Below the pieces are notes generated by a model that worked only from the letters and a program-made list of their open reading frames with translations, made no database searches and was not told the origin of the DNA. This document shows positions 8,129 to 18,896 of a DNA stretch of 52,988 nucleotides, in pieces. This DNA comes from Romboutsia sp. 13368 (GTDB taxonomy: Bacteria; Bacillota; Clostridia; Peptostreptococcales; Peptostreptococcaceae), in assembly GCF_018336475.1 (NCBI RefSeq), contig NZ_CP048741.1:2511392-2564379 (forward strand), written 5' to 3'. Positions within the stretch are counted from its first letter, which is position 1. Each line of letters begins with the position of its first letter. A program made the position numbers and the translations under genes.

Positions 8129-9211
8129 TTGATACAAAAAATTATAAGAGGCATGATAGGTATATTTGGATTTGTTTTAGGATTTACCGTATACTCATCA
8201 TTAGCTAATACGTTTCCAGTACTTTTATTTGGAATAAGTAACAATGCAATACTAATATCAATAGTTGTAGGTCTAATTATAGGAGTTATATTCTATATAA
8301 TAGGACCTTGGGTTATAGATAATTTTAAATATATAGCTAAACTTTTAGATAAAGAAATATCAAAATATCCTCAAACCGATATATTATTAGGTTCTATAGG
8401 TCTTATAATTGGTCTTGTTATAGCTTACTTAGTAGGTGGTTTAATAAACTCAATACCTATAGTAGGGGGAATTCTAACTTTTATTACATATGTATTTATG
8501 GGTTATTTAGGTATAAAAATAGCACTTAAAAGTAAGGATGATTTATTTAATATAAGTAAATTATCTAGATTAGCTCCATCAATGAAAGAAAAAAATTCAA
8601 AAAAAGAACAAAAGAGTATTCCACCAAAGGTGTTAGATACTAGTGTTATAATCGATGGTAGAATAGCAGATATATGTAGAACAGGATTTATAGAGGGTAA
8701 ACTTATAATACCTAAATTTGTCCTTGATGAATTACAACATATAGCAGACTCTTCAGATGATTTAAAAAGAGTTAGGGGAAGAAGAGGTCTTGATATATTA
8801 AATATAATTCAAAAAGAAATCGATATAGAAGTTGAAATAAGTGAAGCTAAATTTGATGATATTCCTGAAGTTGACAGTAAATTATTAAAGTTAGCTCAAG
8901 TATTAGGCGGAAAAGTAGTTACAAACGACTACAACTTAAATAAAGTAGCTCAATTCCAAGGTGTAGAAGTATTAAACATAAATGAACTTGCAAATGCTAT
9001 AAAACCAGTTGCAATACCTGGTGAAGAGATGGTTGTTCAAGTTGTTAAAGAAGGAAAAGAGCATAGTCAAGGTATAGCTTACTTAGATGATGGAACTATG
9101 ATAGTTGTAGATGGAGGTAAAAAACATATGGGTGAAACTATAAAAGTATTAGTAACATCTGTACTACAAACTCCAGCAGGAAGAATGATATTTGGAAAAC
9201 CAAAAAACTAA
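8129..9211 (+). CDS. Membrane-anchored PIN/TRAM domain protein (YacL family)
   Basis: N-terminal TM helices, PIN motifs LDTSVIIDGR and VVTNDYNL, C-terminal TRAM domain; TTG start with SD GGGGGTG. Confidence 0.93.
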   Translation: MIQKIIRGMIGIFGFVLGFTVYSSLANTFPVLLFGISNNAILISIVVGLIIGVIFYIIGPWVIDNFKYIAKLLDKEISKYPQTDILLGSIGLIIGLVIAYLVGGLINSIPIVGGILTFITYVFMGYLGIKIALKSKDDLFNISKLSRLAPSMKEKNSKKEQKSIPPKVLDTSVIIDGRIADICRTGFIEGKLIIPKFVLDELQHIADSSDDLKRVRGRRGLDILNIIQKEIDIEVEISEAKFDDIPEVDSKLLKLAQVLGGKVVTNDYNLNKVAQFQGVEVLNINELANAIKPVAIPGEEMVVQVVKEGKEHSQGIAYLDDGTMIVVDGGKKHMGETIKVLVTSVLQTPAGRMIFGKPKN

Positions 9212-9223
9212 TAGATTTTAAAG

Positions 9224-9264
9224 TAAGGTGTCTCATAATATAAATTATTTTGAGACACCTTATT
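9224..9264 (+). terminator. Probable terminator hairpin
   Basis: 12-bp inverted repeat TAAGGTGTCTCA / TGAGACACCTTA; weak T tail. Confidence 0.6.
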
Positions 9265-9308
9265 AAATATAAACAGTTTAGTATTTAATAAAATTAAGAG
9301 GTGTAAGT

Positions 9309-9992
9309 ATGAATGGAGTTGTCATAGTAGCTGCTGGAACAGGCAGTAGAATGAACATGGGAATTAATAAACAGTTCATAAAACTTGAAGGAAAAGAAAT
9401 TATATATTATACAATTGAAAAGTTCTATAAAAATGAAAATATAGATGATATTGTAGTTGTTGTAAAAGAAGATGAAGCTGAATTTTTTAGAAAAGAAATA
9501 TTAGATAAATATAACTTTAAAAACATAAAACTAGCTTATGGTGGAAAAGAGAGACAGGACTCTGTTTATAATGGATTGAAATCATTAGATAAAAATTGTA
9601 ATATTGTATTAATTCATGATGGTGCAAGACCTTTTGTTTCTAATAAAATAATAAATAAATCAATTGAAGAAGCTAAAGAAAATAAAGCTATAGTAGTAGG
9701 TGTACCAGTAAAAGATACTATAAAAGTTATAGATAATGATAAAAATATAGTAGATACTCCAAATAGAAATATATTATGGGCAGTTCAGACACCTCAAACT
9801 TTTGACTATAATCTACTTATAAAATCTTATGAAGATGCATTTAAGGATGGTTTCTATGGAACTGATGATGCTATGTTAGTAGAGAGAATAGGATATAAGG
9901 TAAAGATGGTAGAAGGTTCATACAATAATATAAAAATAACAACACAAGAAGACTTAGGTATAGGAAGTCAAATATTAAAAGTTCAAGAGTAA
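9309..9992 (+). CDS. ispD: 2-C-methyl-D-erythritol 4-phosphate cytidylyltransferase
   Basis: [26 protein letters not shown] and NIKITT motifs. Confidence 0.96.
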   Translation: MNGVVIVAAGTGSRMNMGINKQFIKLEGKEIIYYTIEKFYKNENIDDIVVVVKEDEAEFFRKEILDKYNFKNIKLAYGGKERQDSVYNGLKSLDKNCNIVLIHDGARPFVSNKIINKSIEEAKENKAIVVGVPVKDTIKVIDNDKNIVDTPNRNILWAVQTPQTFDYNLLIKSYEDAFKDGFYGTDDAMLVERIGYKVKMVEGSYNNIKITTQEDLGIGSQILKVQE

Positions 9993-10005
9993 TAGGAGGA
10001 CAGAT

Positions 10006-10485
10006 ATGAGAGTTGGATTAGGATATGATGTACATAAATTAGTTGAAGGTAGAAAATTAATTATAGGTGGAGTAGATATTCCACATGAAAAAGGGCTATT
10101 AGGTCATTCTGATGCAGATGTATTAGTACATGCAGTAATGGATTCTATAATAGGAGCATTGGCGTTAGGTGATATAGGTAAGCATTTCCCGGATACAGAC
10201 GAAAAATATAAAGGTGCAGATAGCATAAAACTATTAGAATTTGTGCAAAATTTAGTTGATGAAAAAGGTTACGCTATAGGTAATATAGACTGTACTATAA
10301 TAGCCCAAAGTCCTAAGATGGCACCTCATATAGCTAATATGAGAGAAAATATAGCTAGAGCATTAAATACATCTATAGATAATATAAATGTAAAAGCAAC
10401 AACAGAAGAAGGCTTAGGATTTACTGGAGCAAAAGAAGGAATAGCAGCTCAAAGTATTTGTTTATTAGTTAAAGTTGACAAGTAA
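10006..10485 (+). CDS. ispF: MECDP synthase
   Basis: GYDVH, GHSDADV and KATTEE motifs. Confidence 0.97.
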   Translation: MRVGLGYDVHKLVEGRKLIIGGVDIPHEKGLLGHSDADVLVHAVMDSIIGALALGDIGKHFPDTDEKYKGADSIKLLEFVQNLVDEKGYAIGNIDCTIIAQSPKMAPHIANMRENIARALNTSIDNINVKATTEEGLGFTGAKEGIAAQSICLLVKVDK

Positions 10486-10574
10486 TATTAAATAATATAA
10501 TATTAGTAAATATAAGATAACGCAAATATAGTAATAATACAATAGAATGTGTATATACTATGCATAAGATAGAA

Positions 10575-10807
10575 AAGCGATAATTAAGAAATAGTAAAAG
10601 ATGAAATCTTTACAGAGAGGAAACAAGGGTGGAAGTTTCTAAGAGGAAGTCTTTGAACCAATCTTTTAGCTTAAAAACGGTAAAAAGTTTTTACGGGAGG
10701 GACCGTTATATCCCCTTAAAGAGAGCCTTTTTAGGCTAATTAGAGTGGTACCGCGGAAATTCAACCTTTCGTCTCTATACATAAGTATGGAGTCGAAAGG
10801 TTTTTTT
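10575..10807 (+). promoter_or_regulatory. T-box riboswitch (proline specifier) with terminator
   Basis: AGTA motif (10593), AG box ACAGAGAGG, GGTGGAA, specifier GAA-CCA-A (CCA at 10658-10660), T-box AATTAGAGTGGTACCGCGG (10738-10756), terminator AACCTTTCG...CGAAAGGTTTTTTT; upstream of proS. Confidence 0.93.
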
Positions 10808-10859
10808 GTGGAAAGAATTTACTATCTTAAAGATAAATTAATACAGGAGGAAATATAAT

Positions 10860-12575
10860 ATGAAAATGTCAAAAATGTTTATGCCAACATTAAGAGAAGT
10901 TCCAGCTGATGCAGAAATAACAAGTCATCAATTAATGTTAAGAGCTGGTATGATAAGAAAGATGGCATCAGGAGTATATAACCAATTACCTATGGGTATA
11001 AGAGTTTTCAATAAAATCCAAGGAATAATAAGAGAAGAATTAAATAAAAAAGGATGCCAAGAAATACTTTGTTCAGGTCTTATACCAGCAGAACTTTGGA
11101 AAGAGTCTGGTAGATGGGATGTAATGGGAGCTGAAATGATGAGATTAAAGGATAGAAATGATAGAGATTTCTGCCTTGGACCAACTCATGAAGAGGTATT
11201 CACAGATTTAATAAAGCAAGAAATAACTTCTTACAAGCAATTACCATTAAACTTATACCAAATACAAGTAAAATATAGAGATGAAAGAAGACCAAGATTT
11301 GGTGTAATGAGAACTAGAACTTTCACAATGAAAGATGCTTACAGCTTTGATACAGATGAAGCAGGATTAGATAAATCATACCAAGATATGTTTGAAGCAT
11401 ATACAAATATATTTGCAAGATGTGGATTAGATAACAGCCCAGTTCAAGCAGATACAGGAGCTATAGGTGGTTCAGTTTCAGCTGAGTTCATGGTTAAATC
11501 AGAAGTTGGAGAAGATGAAATAGTATTCTGTAGCGGATGTGACTATGCAGCTAATATGGAAAAAGCAGTAGCTGTAGTAGAAGAAGCTTCAACTGAAGAA
11601 ATGAAAGAATTAAAAGAAGTACACACTCCAGGTGTACATACAATAGAAGAATTAGAAAACTTCTTTAAATTATCAGCTGATAAGTTTGCAAAAACTTTAG
11701 TATATGTAGCTGATGGTAAGACAGTTGTTGTAGTAGTAAGAGGAGATAGAGAAGTTAACGAAACTAAAGTAGGAAATGCTATAGGTGGAGTTGTTGAATT
11801 CGAACTTGCTAATGCAGAAGTAGTAAAAGCTGTAACTAATGCAGAAGTAGGATTTGCAGGACCAATAGGAATAAAAGCTGATTACGTACTTATAGACAAT
11901 GAGGTGGCTAATGCTAGAAACTTAGTAGTAGGAGCTAATAAAACTGAGTACCATATAGAAAATGCTAACTACGGAAGAGATTTCGAAGGAACAGTAGGAG
12001 ATTTCAGAAATGTAACTGAGCAAGATAAGTGTACTAAGTGTGGAAGTCATTTTGAAATAGCTAGAGGGGTAGAAGTTGGACATATATTCAAGTTAGGAAC
12101 TAAATACTCTGAAGCTATGGGATGTAACTTCATAGATAAAGATGGTAAGTCTAAGCCAGTAGTAATGGGATGTTATGGAATAGGTGTAGAAAGAACAGCT
12201 GCAGCTATAATAGAACAACACCATGATGAAAATGGTATAACTTGGCCACTAGCAATAGCTCCATACCATGTTGTAGTTGTACCTGTTAATATAAAGAAAG
12301 CTGAGCATATGGAAGCTGCTGAAAAGATATACAACGAGTTACAAGCTATGGGTGTAGAAGTATTATTAGATGATAGAGATGAAAGAGCTGGAGTTAAGTT
12401 CAAGGATAGTGAACTTATAGGTATACCAATGAGAATTACTGTTGGTAAAGATATAGTAGATGGAAAAGTAGAATTCAAACTAAGAAAATCTGAAGATAAA
12501 GAAGTAATAGCATTAGATGAGATAAAATCAAGAGTTGAAGCTGAATTTGTAAAAAATAACGTAAAGTTAGGATAA
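10860..12575 (+). CDS. proS: Proline--tRNA ligase (bacterial type with editing insertion)
   Basis: [18 protein letters not shown] domain, GCYGIGVER; Pro T-box upstream. Confidence 0.97.
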   Translation: MKMSKMFMPTLREVPADAEITSHQLMLRAGMIRKMASGVYNQLPMGIRVFNKIQGIIREELNKKGCQEILCSGLIPAELWKESGRWDVMGAEMMRLKDRNDRDFCLGPTHEEVFTDLIKQEITSYKQLPLNLYQIQVKYRDERRPRFGVMRTRTFTMKDAYSFDTDEAGLDKSYQDMFEAYTNIFARCGLDNSPVQADTGAIGGSVSAEFMVKSEVGEDEIVFCSGCDYAANMEKAVAVVEEASTEEMKELKEVHTPGVHTIEELENFFKLSADKFAKTLVYVADGKTVVVVVRGDREVNETKVGNAIGGVVEFELANAEVVKAVTNAEVGFAGPIGIKADYVLIDNEVANARNLVVGANKTEYHIENANYGRDFEGTVGDFRNVTEQDKCTKCGSHFEIARGVEVGHIFKLGTKYSEAMGCNFIDKDGKSKPVVMGCYGIGVERTAAAIIEQHHDENGITWPLAIAPYHVVVVPVNIKKAEHMEAAEKIYNELQAMGVEVLLDDRDERAGVKFKDSELIGIPMRITVGKDIVDGKVEFKLRKSEDKEVIALDEIKSRVEAEFVKNNVKLG

Positions 12576-12584
12576 TTACAAAAT

Positions 12585-12659
12585 AATTAAATAGTATATA
12601 TAATCCACGGATTTATTAACATTTTAAGTTAAAATGTGGATATATATACTATTTTAATT
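12585..12659. repeat. Long AT-rich imperfect inverted repeat, possible proS terminator
   Basis: AATTAAATAGTATATATAATCCAC (12585-12608) versus GTGGATATATATACTATTTTAATT (12636-12659), two 1-nt indels. Confidence 0.7.
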
Positions 12660-12821
12660 TTCATAAAAAGTGAGTTATCAACAGATTATTTGGATAAAAT
12701 ATAAGTTGTATTTTTGAGCAACGGATGTATCCGTAGCGGAAGCAAGGATGTATCCGTAGCGGAAGCAAGGATATATCGTTGGCGAAATGAGCAAAGCGAA
12801 TTTTTTATATTATTTGGATAA
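12601..12821. promoter_or_regulatory. Cluster of DnaA-box-like 9-mers
   Basis: TAATCCACG (7/9), TGTGGATAT, TTATCAACA and TTTGGATAA twice (each 8/9) versus TTATCCACA/TGTGGATAA. Confidence 0.5.
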
Positions 12822-12825
12822 AATA
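12685..12825. repeat. GC-rich REP/MITE-like element between 17-bp direct repeats, with internal 23-bp tandem duplication
   Basis: ATTATTTGGATAAAATA at 12685-12701 and 12809-12825; GGATGTATCCGTAGCGGAAGCAA at 12723-12745 and 12746-12768. Confidence 0.8.
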
Positions 12826-12889
12826 ACATTACAATAAAGGCTTATTTTGATATTATAGATACATATAGATATTTATAGGAGGTAAAGAC

Positions 12890-14371
12890 ATGAGTGTAAA
12901 AGTAAGATTTGCTCCAAGTCCAACAGGATTTGTACATATAGGTAGTTTAAGAACTGCTTTATACAATTACTTATTCGCAAAGAGAATGGGTGGAGAATAT
13001 TTATTAAGAGTAGAAGATACAGACCAAACAAGATTAGTTGAAGGTGCAATAGAAAACATGCTTCAAGCTATGAACTGGGCTGGTGTTAACCACACTGAAG
13101 GTGTTATGTTAGATGAGAACGGAAATATAGTTCAAAAAGGAGAGAACGGTCCTTACATACAATCTCAAAGATTAGATATATACAAAAAATATATACAAGA
13201 ATTATTAGATAGTGGAAAAGCTTACTACTGCTTCTGTACAAAAGAAAGATTAGATGATGTAAGAGAAAAGCAAAAAGAAGCTGGAGAAACTCCAAGATAC
13301 GATGGTCATTGTAGAGATCTTACTGAAGAAGAAGTACAAGCTAAGATAGCTGCAGGAGAACCATACGTTATAAGATTAAGATTACCAGAAAATCATGTTA
13401 TAAAGTTCAATGACTTAGTTAGAGGGGAAACAGAATTCAATACTAATGACTTAGATGATCAAGTATTAATAAAAACTGATGGATTCCCAACATATCACTT
13501 TGCTGTAGTTGTTGATGACCACTTAATGGAAATAACTCACGTTATAAGAGGAGAAGAATGGCTTTCTTCAACTCCAAAGCATGTTTACTTATATGAAGCA
13601 TTTGGATGGGAGCCAACAACATTTGTACACTTACCAAACATACTTAATAAAGAAAAGAAAAAGTTAAGTAAGAGACATGGTGATGTTGCAGTTGAAGACT
13701 TCAAGAAAAAAGGATACTTACCAGAAGGTTTAGTAAACTATGTTGCATTAGTTGGATGGTCTCCAGAAGATAACCAAGAAATATTCTCTATGGAAGAATT
13801 AGAAAATGCATTCTCTATAGATAGAGTATCTAAGAGTGGTGGAGTATTTGACACAGAAAAATTAAACTGGGTTAACCAACATTATATAAAGGATGCAGAT
13901 GATGCATACTTAACAGATTTAGCTATACCTTTCTTAGTTGAAGCTGGATTAATAAAAGAAGAAGATGCTGAATCTAAATATGAATTCATAAAAGGTATGG
14001 TATCAGTTCTTAAAGAAAAATTACAATATGTAAAAGAAATAACTGAACATGCTAATATATTCTTTGGAGATACTGTTGAATTAGAAACTGAAGAATGTAA
14101 AGAATTCTTAAACTTAGAACATATACCAACTTTAATAGATGCATTAGAAGCTAAAGTAGAAGCTGCAGAAGTAATAGATGAAGCTTTTGTTAAGGCAATG
14201 TTCAAAGAAATACAAAAAGAGCATGGAATAAAGGGTAAAAACTTATTCATGGGATCAAGAATAATATTAACTGGTCAAATGCATGGACCAGACCTTCCAA
14301 AAACTATGGAAGTTTTAGGAAAAGAAACTTGCTTAAATAGAATAAAATATGTAAAAAATAATATTTTATAG
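12890..14371 (+). CDS. gltX: Glutamate--tRNA ligase
   Basis: [17 protein letters not shown] and KLSKR motifs. Confidence 0.97.
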   Translation: MSVKVRFAPSPTGFVHIGSLRTALYNYLFAKRMGGEYLLRVEDTDQTRLVEGAIENMLQAMNWAGVNHTEGVMLDENGNIVQKGENGPYIQSQRLDIYKKYIQELLDSGKAYYCFCTKERLDDVREKQKEAGETPRYDGHCRDLTEEEVQAKIAAGEPYVIRLRLPENHVIKFNDLVRGETEFNTNDLDDQVLIKTDGFPTYHFAVVVDDHLMEITHVIRGEEWLSSTPKHVYLYEAFGWEPTTFVHLPNILNKEKKKLSKRHGDVAVEDFKKKGYLPEGLVNYVALVGWSPEDNQEIFSMEELENAFSIDRVSKSGGVFDTEKLNWVNQHYIKDADDAYLTDLAIPFLVEAGLIKEEDAESKYEFIKGMVSVLKEKLQYVKEITEHANIFFGDTVELETEECKEFLNLEHIPTLIDALEAKVEAAEVIDEAFVKAMFKEIQKEHGIKGKNLFMGSRIILTGQMHGPDLPKTMEVLGKETCLNRIKYVKNNIL

Positions 14372-14377
14372 TTATGC

Positions 14378-14408
14378 AAAAAGTCCACTTAAATAAGTGG
14401 ACTTTTTT
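14378..14408 (+). terminator. Terminator after gltX
   Basis: AAAAAGTCCACTT-aaat-AAGTGGACTTTTT. Confidence 0.85.
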
Positions 14409-14675
14409 ATATAAGATATAGCTAAATTTTATAAAAATAGTCTATAAAGAAGTAATATCAATATGTTTAGATAGATTCTATATTATAATTATTGTATATT
14501 TAATTATGATAATATTTAGTTAAAATAAATTATTACTAAATTTAATTTATGTAGTTATTTGATGAAAATATTTGGGTATACTTCTAAAGGAGTTTATTCT
14601 AAATAAAAGTAATATATTAAAAGGTGTCGATTGAGTATAATTTTTAAACAATCTAACTGTAGGGAGGATAAACAG

Positions 14676-14822
14676 ATGATGATTGAAGAAATAAAAGAAG
14701 AATTAGAGAAATTATGCACTGATTATTTAGATATATTACAACAATTAAAAAGCCAAGAATTAATAAGTGAAGAAACCTTTAAAACATGCAGTATAAATAA
14801 AAACTCTTTTTTAGAAGATTAA
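14676..14822 (+). CDS. Small hypothetical protein, 48 aa
   Basis: SD AGGGAGG 9 nt before ATG 14676; MMIEEIKEELEKLCTDYLDILQQLKSQELISEETFKTCSINKNSFLED looks helical and amphipathic. The ORF-track TTG at 14631 lacks an SD. Confidence 0.7.
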   Translation: MMIEEIKEELEKLCTDYLDILQQLKSQELISEETFKTCSINKNSFLED

Positions 14823-14956
14823 GTAATAGTATCTAAATAAAGATATTTTTTATACTAAGGATATAATAGTAATACTATTAATTAAATAAGTTTTAAATTA
14901 TAATAGAAGATATAAATATTTATGGCAAGATATAACAATGTAGTGAGGTGATAAGT

Positions 14957-16354
14957 GTGAAATTATATAATACATTAACTAGAACAAAAGAAGAATTTGT
15001 GCCGTTAGAAGAAGGAAAGGTAAAGATGTATGTTTGTGGACCGACAGTATACAATTATATACATATAGGAAATGCTAGACCTTTTATAATGTTTGATACA
15101 TTAAGAAGATATTTACAATACAAAGGATATGATGTAACTTTCGTTCAAAACTTTACAGATGTAGATGATAAAATAATAAAAAGAGGTCATGAAGAAGGAA
15201 TAAGCCCGGAAGAAGTAGCTGATAAGTATATAGATGAGTACTTTGTAGATGCAGATGGTCTTGGAATAAAAAGAGCAGATGTTCATCCAAGAGTTACAGA
15301 TAATATACAACAAATAATAGATTTTGTTAAAGATTTAGAAGACAAAGGATATGCTTATGAAGTAAATGGAGATGTTTATTTTGACACTAAGAAATTTGAA
15401 GGTTATGGAAAACTTTCTAAGCAAAATCAAGATGAACTAGAAGCAGGAGCAAGAATAGAAGTAAATAGCCAAAAGAGACATCCAATGGATTTCGTTTTAT
15501 GGAAGTCTAAAAAAGAAGGTGAACCAGGATGGAACAGCCCTTGGGGAGAAGGTAGACCAGGATGGCATATAGAGTGTTCGGTTATGTCAAGTAGATATCT
15601 AGGTGAAACTATAGATATACATGCTGGAGGTCAAGACTTAGCATTCCCTCACCATGAGAATGAGATAGCACAAAGTGAAGCTAGAAGTGGAAAGACATTC
15701 TCTAATTACTGGGTTCACAATGGATATATAAATATAAATAACGAGAAGATGAGTAAATCAAAAGGAAACTTCTTTACTGTAAGAGATATATCTAAGCAAT
15801 ATGACTTAGAAATAGTAAGATTCTTTATGTTATCAGCTCATTATAGAAATCCTGTTAACTTCAGTGATGAAATGCTTAATCAAGCAAAAGCAGGACTTGA
15901 AAGACTATACAATGCTAAAGAAAAGTTAGAGTTTACTATAAGTAATTTAGCACAGTCTTCTATAAAAGATTCAGAAAAAGAATTAGTAAATGAATTAGAA
16001 TCTTATAAGACTAAATTTATAAATGCTATGGAAGATGATTTAAATACTGCAGATGCAGTAAGTGCTATATTCGAATTATCAAAGTTCATAAATACAAATG
16101 TAAACGAAGAATCGTCTCTAGAATTTGCTGAATTATGCTTAGATAAATTTAATGAGCTTACTGAAGTTTTAAATATAGTAAATAAGAAAAATGATGATAT
16201 ACTAGATAAAGATATAGAAGAGCTAATACAAAAAAGAGCAGATGCTAAGAAAAATAAAGATTTTAAATTAGCAGATGATATAAGACAAGAATTATTAGAT
16301 AAGGGAATAATTTTAGAAGATACTAGACAAGGTACTAAGTGGAAGAGAGCATAG
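14957..16354 (+). CDS. cysS: Cysteine--tRNA ligase
   Basis: CGPTVY, HIGN, PGWHIEC, FPHHENE and KMSKS motifs; GTG 14957 chosen from SD GAGGTG. Confidence 0.97.
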   Translation: MKLYNTLTRTKEEFVPLEEGKVKMYVCGPTVYNYIHIGNARPFIMFDTLRRYLQYKGYDVTFVQNFTDVDDKIIKRGHEEGISPEEVADKYIDEYFVDADGLGIKRADVHPRVTDNIQQIIDFVKDLEDKGYAYEVNGDVYFDTKKFEGYGKLSKQNQDELEAGARIEVNSQKRHPMDFVLWKSKKEGEPGWNSPWGEGRPGWHIECSVMSSRYLGETIDIHAGGQDLAFPHHENEIAQSEARSGKTFSNYWVHNGYININNEKMSKSKGNFFTVRDISKQYDLEIVRFFMLSAHYRNPVNFSDEMLNQAKAGLERLYNAKEKLEFTISNLAQSSIKDSEKELVNELESYKTKFINAMEDDLNTADAVSAIFELSKFINTNVNEESSLEFAELCLDKFNELTEVLNIVNKKNDDILDKDIEELIQKRADAKKNKDFKLADDIRQELLDKGIILEDTRQGTKWKRA

Positions 16355-16356
16355 AT

Positions 16357-16752
16357 ATGGAAAGAACAGAATTAATAACTATGTCTCCATTAGTATTAGC
16401 TTATTTAGGTGATACAGTTTTTGAATCACATATAAGGGAGTATTTAATAACAAAAAATATAAACAAAAAAGTTAATGATCTTCATAAAACCGCTATAAAA
16501 TATGTGAATGCTAAAGCACAAGCAACTATAATACACAATATAGAAGATGAATTAACAGAAGATGAATTAAGAGTTTATAAAAGGGGAAGAAATCAAAAAT
16601 CTCATACTTCTCCTAAAAATGCAGATATAATAGACTATAAGCATGCAACAGGATTTGAAGCTTTAATTGGATATTTATACTTAGATAAAAATCATGAAAG
16701 ATTAGAGTATATTATATCTAAAGGAATAAAAATTGTTGAAGATAATATGTAA
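16357..16752 (+). CDS. mrnC: Mini-ribonuclease III
   Basis: LAYLGDTVFE, KRGRN, YKHATGFEALIGYL; follows cysS. Confidence 0.93.
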   Translation: MERTELITMSPLVLAYLGDTVFESHIREYLITKNINKKVNDLHKTAIKYVNAKAQATIIHNIEDELTEDELRVYKRGRNQKSHTSPKNADIIDYKHATGFEALIGYLYLDKNHERLEYIISKGIKIVEDNM

Positions 16753-16757
16753 TTAAG

Positions 16758-16789
16758 GAAAAGTATTGCTATTTAAAGCAATACTTTTC
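16758..16789 (+). terminator. Hairpin, probable terminator after mrnC
   Basis: GAAAAGTATTGCT / AGCAATACTTTTC 13-bp stem. Confidence 0.6.
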
Positions 16790-16858
16790 TACATTTTTAC
16801 GCGAATTGAGAGATTTTAATGTATAATATTTATAAATTTAAAAGGGAGGATATTAGGA

Positions 16859-17617
16859 ATGAAGGTAAAAATATTATCTTATACACCAGAGCCAGAGAAA
16901 GTTATATCTATGGCGGCAAAACTATGTTATTCAGCTGTTGGAGTAGATCAAATAGAAGAAAATTTAACTCCAGAGAGTATAGATAAGTTTTTAAACATGT
17001 TAATAAGCATAGGGCATGAATCACCATTAGAGCATGTATCTTTTACATTTGCAGTAGAAGGTATATCTAGAGCATGTTCTCATCAAATTGTTAGACATCG
17101 TATAGCAAGTTACTCTCAACAAAGTCAAAGGTATGTTAAATTAGATCAGTTTGAATATATAATTCCTCACCATATAAATGAAGTAGATGAGGCAAGAGAA
17201 TTATTTATAGAAACAATGAAAAAAGACCAAGAAGCATATGATAAACTAGTAGAAATATTATTAAAAAAACACTATAATAAATTAATACAAAATGGAAAAA
17301 ATGAGAAAGAAGCTAAAAGAAGTGCAGAAAAACAAGCAATAGAAGATGCTAGATATGTATTCCCAAATGCTTGTGAAACAAAAATGGTATTTACTATGAA
17401 TATTAGAAGTTTATATAACTTCTTAAATCACAGATGTTGTGAAAGAGCACAATGGGAAATAAGGGAGTTAGCTATAGAAATGTTAAGACAATTAAAACAA
17501 GTAGCTCCTATACTATTTAAGAATATAGGACCAAATTGTGTACAAGGTCCATGCCCAGAAGGTAATATGACTTGTGGTAAAATAGTTGAAATAAGAGAAA
17601 AATTTAAGAATTTATAG
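16859..17617 (+). CDS. thyX: FAD-dependent thymidylate synthase
   Basis: GHESPLEH, ThyX motif [21 protein letters not shown]. Confidence 0.96.
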   Translation: MKVKILSYTPEPEKVISMAAKLCYSAVGVDQIEENLTPESIDKFLNMLISIGHESPLEHVSFTFAVEGISRACSHQIVRHRIASYSQQSQRYVKLDQFEYIIPHHINEVDEARELFIETMKKDQEAYDKLVEILLKKHYNKLIQNGKNEKEAKRSAEKQAIEDARYVFPNACETKMVFTMNIRSLYNFLNHRCCERAQWEIRELAIEMLRQLKQVAPILFKNIGPNCVQGPCPEGNMTCGKIVEIREKFKNL

Positions 17618-17629
17618 GCGGTGGAAAAT

Positions 17630-18364
17630 TTGGCAACAATAGAAGGAAGAAATCCTGTAATAGAAGCAATAAAGAATGATAGAGAAATAGATAAAATAAT
17701 GATAGCAAATTCAGCTAAAGAAGGTTCTATCAAAAAAATAATAGGTATGGCTAAAGAAAAAAATATAGTAATACAATATGTGGATAGAAATAAATTAGAT
17801 GAAATAAGTACTAGTCATTCTCATCAAGGTGTAATAGCTCAAGTAAGTGAGTATAAATACTGGGAGTTAGATGAACTAATAGATAGCGTTAAGGAAAAGA
17901 ATGAAGATCCATTTTTCATAATACTAGATGAAATAACAGACCCTCACAACCTAGGTTCGATAATAAGAACAGCTGATGCAGTTGGAGCTCATGGAGTTAT
18001 AATACCAAAGAGAAGATCAGTACATATAACACCAGTAGTAGCTAAGGCATCTGCAGGTGCAGTAGAATATGTTCCTGTTTGTAAGGTTACAAACATAGTA
18101 AACACTATAAAGAAATTAAAAGAAGAAGGTCTATGGATAGCTGCAGCTGATATGGATGGACAAACATTCTATGAGCAAAATCTTACAGGAGCAATAGGTT
18201 TAGTTATAGGAAGTGAAGGTTTTGGTATATCTAGGTTAGTTAAGCAAAATTGTGACTTTACTGTTAAGATGCCGATGATAGGAAATGTTACATCATTAAA
18301 TGCATCAGTAGCAGGTGGAATTCTACTATACGAGATATTTAAACAAAGATCAGGTAATAAGTAA
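17630..18364 (+). CDS. rlmB: 23S rRNA Gm2251 methyltransferase (SpoU family)
   Basis: IEGRNPV, ITDPHNLGSIIR, GSEGFG and SLNASVA motifs; TTG 17630 preferred over GTG 17621 on SD spacing. Confidence 0.93.
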   Translation: MATIEGRNPVIEAIKNDREIDKIMIANSAKEGSIKKIIGMAKEKNIVIQYVDRNKLDEISTSHSHQGVIAQVSEYKYWELDELIDSVKEKNEDPFFIILDEITDPHNLGSIIRTADAVGAHGVIIPKRRSVHITPVVAKASAGAVEYVPVCKVTNIVNTIKKLKEEGLWIAAADMDGQTFYEQNLTGAIGLVIGSEGFGISRLVKQNCDFTVKMPMIGNVTSLNASVAGGILLYEIFKQRSGNK

Positions 18365-18368
18365 GGTT

Positions 18369-18896
18369 ATGAGATTAAATAAAAAAGAATATTTGATAGT
18401 AGATGGTTACAATATTATAAATGCATGGGATGAATTAAAGGAATTATCTAAGACCGATTTAGAACATGCTAGAGAAAAACTAATAGACGCTATAATTGAA
18501 TACGCTGAATATACAGGGAGAAAAGGCATAATAGTTTTTGATGCTTATAATATAAAAAGCTGTAAAGAAAAAATAGAAGAAAGAAAAAATATAACTATCG
18601 TGTATACAAAAGAATATCAAACTGCAGACAGTTATATAGAAAAGTTTATAGGCTCTTTATCGAAATATGATGATGTAAAAGTTGCTACCAATGATTATGC
18701 AGAGCAACAAATTGTATTAGGAAAAGGTGCAAGCCGTATAACTTCAAGAGAATTAAAGTTAGATTTAGAGAATGCAAAGTCTAAAATAAGAGAAAAAAAT
18801 ACTAGCGTGCAGAAAAAAATACAACGAAATTGGTTAGAAGATAGATTAGATAAGGAAACATTGTCGAAACTTGAGAACATTCGTAGAAACCGTTGA
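18369..18896 (+). CDS. NYN-domain ribonuclease (YacP/Rae1 family)
   Basis: LIVDGYNII, VFDAY, TADSYIE and VATND motifs; position between rlmB and sigH. Confidence 0.9.
   Translation: MRLNKKEYLIVDGYNIINAWDELKELSKTDLEHAREKLIDAIIEYAEYTGRKGIIVFDAYNIKSCKEKIEERKNITIVYTKEYQTADSYIEKFIGSLSKYDDVKVATNDYAEQQIVLGKGASRITSRELKLDLENAKSKIREKNTSVQKKIQRNWLEDRLDKETLSKLENIRRNR

Noticed and set aside
12723-12768. 23-bp repeat as a mini-CRISPR
   Set aside because: The units are directly adjacent with no spacers, and there are no cas genes.
14631-14675. TTG-initiated N-terminal extension of the small ORF
   Set aside because: The strong SD lies inside the extension and points to ATG 14676.
14823-14956. Cys T-box upstream of cysS, or a T-box upstream of gltX
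   Set aside because: No GGTACCGCG-type T-box sequence or terminator in either spacer.
17778-17790. Isolated DnaA-like 9-mers in coding regions (TGTGGATAG in rlmB and secY)
   Set aside because: Single 8/9 matches are expected at background frequency; only the intergenic cluster is enriched.
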